Assembly: GCA_051294375.1 (NCBI GenBank)
Contig: CM119266.1
Coordinates: 9,308,538-9,372,537 of the forward strand
Source: Paraspadella gotoi
Lineage: Eukaryota; Animalia; Chaetognatha
Reading direction: 5' to 3'
DNA: 64,000 nt
This document shows, piece after piece, positions 57,201-64,000 of the stretch; positions within the stretch are counted from its first letter, which is position 1, and the number at the start of each line of letters is the position of its first letter. Made by a program: the position numbers and the translations under genes. The notes under the pieces were generated by a model. It did not search any database. It saw only the letters and a list, made by a program, of their open reading frames with translations, and had not been told where the DNA came from.

Positions 57201-60169
57201 GTCATACGGCGTCTACATTGTCAAAACAGAGTTCTTGTCAAGGTGGCGAGCCTGAGCAGTGTGCGCTAGCATTGATTGGCGAAGAGGTACATAGATATCG
57301 GACCCTCAAGATCATCCATCGCAAGGGAGCGCATTCTTTATTGAGTCGAGCTGGATTTTTTACGACATTTACTATTAACCAAGCCCGCGTGAGCACAAGC
57401 AACTCACTTCGCGTTGTATTTCATTATGTAATCACTCATCAACATTCACACCCAAACCAATCACAGTACTCACCATACAAGGAAGACAACAATCATCTGG
57501 ACCTACATCACTCTAGACAACGGGTGCACTATCCTCATCAACTCACACAGCAAACCACCTAGCAACGCCGAAAAGAGCCTTCTATAGCTACGTTCATCTA
57601 CTAACAACCTTAACTGACGATTCCGGTCGCGTTAAAATCCCATTTGAACACCGCGCATGTTATGTGCAAAAACGACAAGTCAGCATTCACGCGTTCAGCA
57701 TACTGGACTGAGCTCGCAATCCGTCATCCACACCATAGAGGTCAACCATGTCGAACGGTCTATGTACTCGAAGACACTATTCCAATTCCGTCTCACGCAC
57801 AAGGTGCGATTATCCAGCTTAGGTAACTGTATCCTTCAACTACATTAATTTAATACACAACGTACCTGACAACGATCATCCAGTGCCATGCCACAGTCAT
57901 GTCAATGTAGATACTAGATCAGCCACAATCTACTGAGTGATCGTGTTGCGTCTATGTCGATGCCAGCTACGACAAGCCTGATGCTATGGACTACACTTAC
58001 TGAAAAGCCTCCTAATATACGTGTCTATATCTGTTCCAACACCACCCGAATCTACCCAATTGTATGCGAAAAATCTACCTAACAAAACGAAAGGAGCTCA
58101 TTCTAACAACCCAGCACTCAAGCACCTGTCAACACTTTTGTTCCTTGTCAGGCCCCCGCTCTTAGTGTCTATGCTACACACAATGTAGGAATAACATATT
58201 AATACCATTTGCACACTCGAAATTCGATTTCAGCGCTCGACATCCGATCATGGCTAAGTCAATGAAATCTCTCGCGTTCATTGGTCCTTCCTCGCCAACC
58301 GTATGCAAGACACTTAGGCGTGGCACACTTTTTCGCGGTCCTGACAACGTACCTCTTCGCTCTTCCCGTACTTCCCGCACTCTATCTTCGGAAACGTAGA
58401 TTGTAGAACATTTACAATTCGTATGACTAAACTACCGACAACGCCAGCTACAACGCTGAAGGATGGATTCTAGCGATCTCAATATGACGAATTTCTGCAA
58501 TTAGAATATTATTCTTTTAATAAACAAACAGAGATTATCATTTTGACTATCATTACGAACATTATATTATTACTGTACGTTTATACTTCATATTTAGAGT
58601 TTAGTATCACAAATTTAAAGATAAGATCAGAACCTGATTGATAACAAGAATTGGAAAGTTTCTACAGATTGAAAAACGAATTTTTAACTTATCTTCTTAC
58701 ATATATTTATATATGACAAAAAACACCTACGAGGCTTTTAAGATAAAAAAGCTACTGACAGAGTGCATTTTTGACACTGGCTACATTTACATGAGGAAGA
58801 ATACACACTTTGATCATCTGAATTGTAAAAAAATCACAGAATTTCATTATATTTTGAAAGGGATGGAGATAACCGATACCTGACGAACAGATAGTGAAGA
58901 CCAGATTTAGTATCTAATAAATAACTTATACATCTATACAACAAATTTAGTTACTTATTAATTGCTCCTTTATAATAATTCAACTTTAAACAAAAACAAA
59001 AAAAAAAAGAACGGTAAATAAATCTTACACTGACGAAATGCGACTAATTCCGAAGAATCTTTTGCTAAAACCTAGAAACATGTCTTCTGGGTCGTCTGGC
59101 GCGACCGAAAAGTCCTGGACGATACCACTTGTTCGTAGATCCCTTAACCGTATCATTTGTTTCTGGTGGTTACATTGGGTCGGGTCCATGGGAGAGTGCT
59201 GCGATGGTCACGATGTGCTACTTCTCTCGCATATATGCACAAAACTGCAACACAATTCTCTTTTAACTTCACGTTGTTGTCGTTTCAACTACCCACACAT
59301 CTCCTTCGACGCTAGTCGCGGATCACGAGTTGTAGCTTCATCGTACTCGAGACTTCCGGTATTTTGTGCACGCAGACCGCAAATAATCTGTATATTACGC
59401 CTTCGCAGCGTCGGCGAGTCAACTTTCAAGTGGACATTCTATTGTTGTGATCAACCGTACTTGACTAATTTTGATTGTTTCGGAATTTTGATTTCTATGG
59501 TTGACCATTCTCATAATTGGGGTATCTGACGAAATTATTTCGAGGCGTAAATGAATCGTTATAAGTGTAATTAGTATGCAGGTAATCTTGTTACCACCTC
59601 GATCAATCTGTAGTCGTGCAACTTACAATATTTGCATGTAAGCGATCTAATTCTTGGCAGGTATCTCGCTATTAATTCCGTCATCATTGAGACAGTATTT
59701 GGTACAACATTTCGATACCACTTGGCAGGTATATTGCCTGGGACAATTGCATCAGTCTGCGCAGCGTAATTGCTGGTACATTGTCAGGTTGGCAGGTTAA
59801 CTTGCCTAGGTAATTGTCATTCTGGCAGGTAATTGCTTGTATTGTCAGTTGCAGATCACGCGCTGGTAAACTTTGTCCAGTTTGGCAGGTAATTAGCCTG
59901 GTTTAATTGTCAGTTGGCCAGTGTAATTACGGATACAAGGGCATCTGTGGATTAGCACTCTCTTACGTGATCAGCATCCCCAGAGTACTTAGTCTGACCG
60001 ACGATAGCCGCGATTTTAGCTTGTGCAGTGTATTTGTGACTTTTAGGATTCGTGATTTCTCTGTAGAGGCTGGTGCGATCTGCAACGTAAATCGTCCAGT
60101 GGATAATACGATCTCTAATTGGGAATAATCTTGGCAAAATTGTAGTACATGACTTGTTATTCTGGATTA

Positions 60170-61766
60170 TCGATTCCACCTCCGTTTCCAGCCTCGTTCG
60201 GTCGATGTTCGACCTTCGTCCAATCCGCATGCGTTTCGCCCTCGTTCGGAACATCCGGAAACGACTCCTCCCTCTATCGGCCTTGCTCTGCCGAACCAAA
60301 CAGACCTGCACCCGTGTGCGACTCGACGACTGCCGCCATGTCCGCCGAGCCCCGTCTTCACTCGAGCGAACGAGCTGGGCGCCTTATCATCTCCGCGCCT
60401 AAGTCGCCCCGACTCATCTCGAGACGATCCGACGCGCGAACAAGGTCGAGCGAACCGACGAAGGCGTTCGCTCGGCACAACAGGTTTACGGGTGAGCGAG
60501 GAGCGAGGCAAGGAAGTCCAGCTGCGAGGACACTACCTCGCGCCCCCCTGGCAGACACTCGAGAGATGCAAGCCCATTAAAGTGAAGAAATCAAACTCTC
60601 TGGATTCAGAATCGATCACACCTGACGGAATTCTTCATCCGTGACTAATCTACGCCTGACTCTCTTCCTTTGTCTTTCTCATGCTGGTTTCTCGACTTCA
60701 CTCAACAAACGAGCAATCAAACATGATATTCATGGATATACGGTTTGAAGTAATAAAATTAGCTATATCGTCTATATATGATAATGGTCCATTAAACGCT
60801 TTTTTTTTACTTTTTCTTGCGACTTCAAATTTTCTTATCTATTAATTCATTATATCATATTATTATTATTTATATTATTGTTCTTCTGCGTGATCTAATT
60901 ATAAGTAAGATCCCTTCACTTTACAGATTCTACTATCTATCTTTTTATTTTAATTACAAAAATAAACATCTTATTATCCCTTCATCATCTTAACTATCTC
61001 ATTAATCCTTCTGGTATGCAACTAATTGTATATTATAAACTTGACTGATATACTACCTTTATCTCTCGTCTTCTATTTCTCTTCTAACGAGGTCCTTAAT
61101 TTCCACGGACTATGCGCTGACATAAATCACCAAAGACTCCGTGTCATCCAGACACGGAGAGACCTCATTAGCGACTGACCCGGCAGGCATGCCAGGCTCG
61201 CAGTCGCCTCAACAATCCCTGCCAAACAGGCTCACACACCGGTGGTTTCTAGCTTCACCCGGTCGGTGTCACCCTCGGACCACTTAAGAGGCGCGCACCG
61301 GCGAGTCCGCTGAAGCACCCTGCGCCTAGTAAACATCGCGTGTTACAACGTGCACGTGCATCCGCCAAGGCTCCAATGGAACTAGCACATCATATGACTA
61401 TTGAACGGCTGTCCTGAATCATTCAACACTTATCAATAATTACTTGTCTCTTCAGACACGTTTGACTCACTGCAAGTCAGAAAGACCGCCTTTAGTATCA
61501 CAGTGATACATCACGTTTCCTCTTCTTTCTCACATTCACCATTCTGTTCCTTTTTCAATCTCGTTTTATAAGTTTATATATATCCGTTTTTTAAACATAA
61601 GAACAATTTACCTTCATTCATTTTACAATTTTAATTAATTAATTTTGTTTAATTAAACTGCGTTTTTTTTCTTTATTTTTCTTATTTTTGATTTGCTCAG
61701 ACTTAGTCTATATTTGTTTTTTTGAATGGATGAATTTGTACTGAATCAACCTCGTTGCTATTCGTC
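60170..61766 (-). other. Noisy inverted copy of ~62544-63862, ending at a 25-N gap
   Basis: cgattccacctccgtttccagcctcgttcg (60171) is the reverse complement of ~63833-63862; 61440-61600 mirrors 62545-62700. The gap 61767-61791 is 25 N. Confidence 0.75.
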
Positions 61767-62676
61767 NNNNNNNNNNNNNNNNNNNNNNNNNAACGGATAT
61801 ACTATAACTTATAAAAGATTGAAAAAGGAACCAATGCATTGGCAATGGTGAATGTGAGAACAGAAAGGGAAACATGATTATCACGTGATACGAAAGGCGT
61901 CATCTTTACTTCAGTGAGTCAAACTGTGTCCTGAATTTAGACTCGTAGAGAGAATAAGACGAGAAAGGTACATATATAATTTTAAATAAACAATATTCAT
62001 AGCAGAGAGTTTAATAGATAGTAGATAGAAGATAATAGATAGTTTTTGTTATTAATAAAAAAATATATATAGTAGAATCTTAAAGCGAGGATCTTACTTT
62101 AATTAGATCACAGAAGAACAATAATACAATAGTTTGTGGTTTAAATATAAAAATTTAAGTGCAAGAAAAAGTAAAAAAGANNNNNNNNNNAGACATTCTA
62201 TTACATTCTCCTAATTAAGTTATGTATTATTACTGTTACATCGAGATAAATATAAATATGCGATTTTATTCGAATACNNNNNNNNNNNNNNNNNNNNNNN
62301 NNNNNNNNNNNNNNNNNNNNNNNNNNNNNNNNNNNNNNNNNNNNNNNNNNNNNNNNNNNNNNNNNNNNNNNNNNNNNNNNNNNNNNNNNNNNNNNNNNNN
62401 NNNNNNNNNNNNNNNNNNNNNNNNNNNNNNNNNNNNNNNNNNNNNNNNNNNNNNNNNNNNNNNNNNNNNNNNNNNNNNNNNNNNNNNNNNNNNNNNNNNN
62501 NNNNNNNNNNNNNNNNNNNNNNNNNNNNNNNNNNNNNNNNNNNAACGGATATACTATAACTTATAAAAGATTGAAAAAGGAACAAATGGTGAATGTGAGA
62601 ATAGAAAGGGAAACGTGATTATCACGTGATACGAAAGGCGTCTTCTTGACTTCAGTGAGTCAAACTGTGTCCTGAA

Positions 62677-62907
62677 GAGACAGTAATTATTGATAAGTGT
62701 TAATGACAGAACCGTTCAATATAAGCAGTCCCTGAGCTTCGGATCAGGCTGTAACACCATGTTACAGGCGGGTTAAGCGCCCCGTCCCTCTTAACTGCGA
62801 GGCCACCACCGGGCTAAAACCCCGGACCTTTTGGGTTGGGAGGCGACTGACTTGCCTCCGGCACCAATGGCCGCTGATGAACGGTTGGTGGATTTTAGTC
62901 CACCATA
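62677..62907. mobile_element. ~230-bp highly structured insertion flanked by the 8-bp direct repeat GTCCTGAA
   Basis: GTCCTGAA at 62669-62676 and 62908-62915. The sister copy near 61925 has a single GTCCTGAA (empty site). The interior contains at least six hairpins and a 9-bp long-range closing stem. Confidence 0.5.
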
Positions 62908-63097
62908 GTCCTGAAATTAGACTCGTAGAGAGAATAAGACGAGAAAGGTATATATACAATTTTAAATAAACAATATTCATACCAGAGAGATTAATAGATA
63001 GTAGATAGAAGATAATAGATAGTTTTTTTTATTAAAAAAAAAATAGATAGTAGAATCTTAAAGTGAGGATCTTACTTTAATTAGATCACAGAAGAAC

Positions 63098-63131
<34 letters not shown>

Positions 63132-64000
63132 NNNNNNNNNNNNNNNNNNNNNNNNNNNNNNNNNNNNNNNNNNNNNNNNNNNNNNNNNNNNNNNNNNNNN
63201 NNNNNNNNNNNNNNNNNNNNNNNNNNNNNNNNNNNNNNNNNNNNNNNNNNNNNNNNNNNNNNNNNNNNNNNNNNNNNNNNNNNNNNNNNNNNNNNNNNNN
63301 NNNNNNNNNNNNNNNNNNNNNNNNNNNNNNNNNNNNNNNNNNNNNNNNNNNNNNNNNNNNNNNNNNNNNNNNTCACAGAGAACATAATAGTAATAATAAT
63401 CATAATAATAATAAATAAAAATTTAAGTGCAGGAAAAAGTAAAAAGAAAACGTTAGACTTATATAATAGACGTATATAATTTATATAACTCAAACATTCA
63501 AGAATAAATTATCTTTTGAGAAGTGAGCAACATGAGAGAAAAGGAAGAAGTAGCGTTTATCACGAAAAATCCTCTATCGATCGAATCCAAGATTTTCTTC
63601 ACTTTATGTCTTCGATTCTCGGCGGAGTCCTCGGCACTGCTTCCTCCTCCTCCTCCTCCTACTTTTCCGGCAACCCTCTCGTCACCTTCCGCCCCGAGAG
63701 GCGTCGGAGAAGCGCCCACTCTTCCGTCGACGCCGGCGCATGCGCATGCGTCGACGGTCAAGTGTTTGTCCAGAGCCAAGAGGAGGATCGTTTCGACGAG
63801 GGCGACGACGGATTGGACGAAGGTCGACATCACGAACGAGGCTGGAAACGGAGGTGGAATCGTAATCAGAATAACAATCATTACTACAATTTGCCAATTA
63901 TTACAATTAGAATCGTTTATCACACTGACATTTACGTGCAATCACAGCCTCTACAGAGAAATACAATCAAAATCACAAATACACTGCACAACTAAAATCG

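Noticed and set aside
62630-62915. Hammerhead ribozyme from CTGAAGA/CTGATGA plus GAAA motifs
   Set aside because: Stems I-III could not be closed around the core in any of the three topologies.
63516-63995. 159-aa and 147-aa ORFs at the right end
   Set aside because: No recognisable domain; a CpG-rich patch with a GCGCATGCGC (NRF1-like) palindrome inside duplicated sequence, more likely regulatory or repeat DNA.

Overview
Eukaryotic (metazoan-like), intron-rich, microsatellite-rich draft-assembly DNA; nearly all of the supplied ORF track is microsatellite noise. Reading splice sites by hand gives: (1) the 5' part of a minus-strand kinesin-3 (KIF28/KLP-6-like) gene, ATG at 10829, running off the left end; (2) two tandem plus-strand LRRC8/VRAC-like channel genes, 23005-26982 (5 exons, 630 aa) and 27947-49393 (14 exons, 554 aa), each with only ~6 LRRs and a short, pannexin-like first extracellular loop (the second has a PANX1-like W-x-Q-x-x-x-V-D-S-x-C constriction motif); (3) two minus-strand U5 snRNA genes, both with an octamer at -234; (4) an orphan plus-strand promoter of the same snRNA type in front of an unidentified ~135-nt RNA candidate; (5) a highly structured ~230-bp insertion flanked by an 8-bp direct repeat; (6) tandem repeats built from splice junctions. 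Large direct and inverted duplications next to 25-N gaps (9.98-18.3 kb, 41.5-48.4 kb, 60-63.9 kb) look like long-read gap-filling or haplotype artefacts. All homology calls come from recalled family motifs, not database searches.
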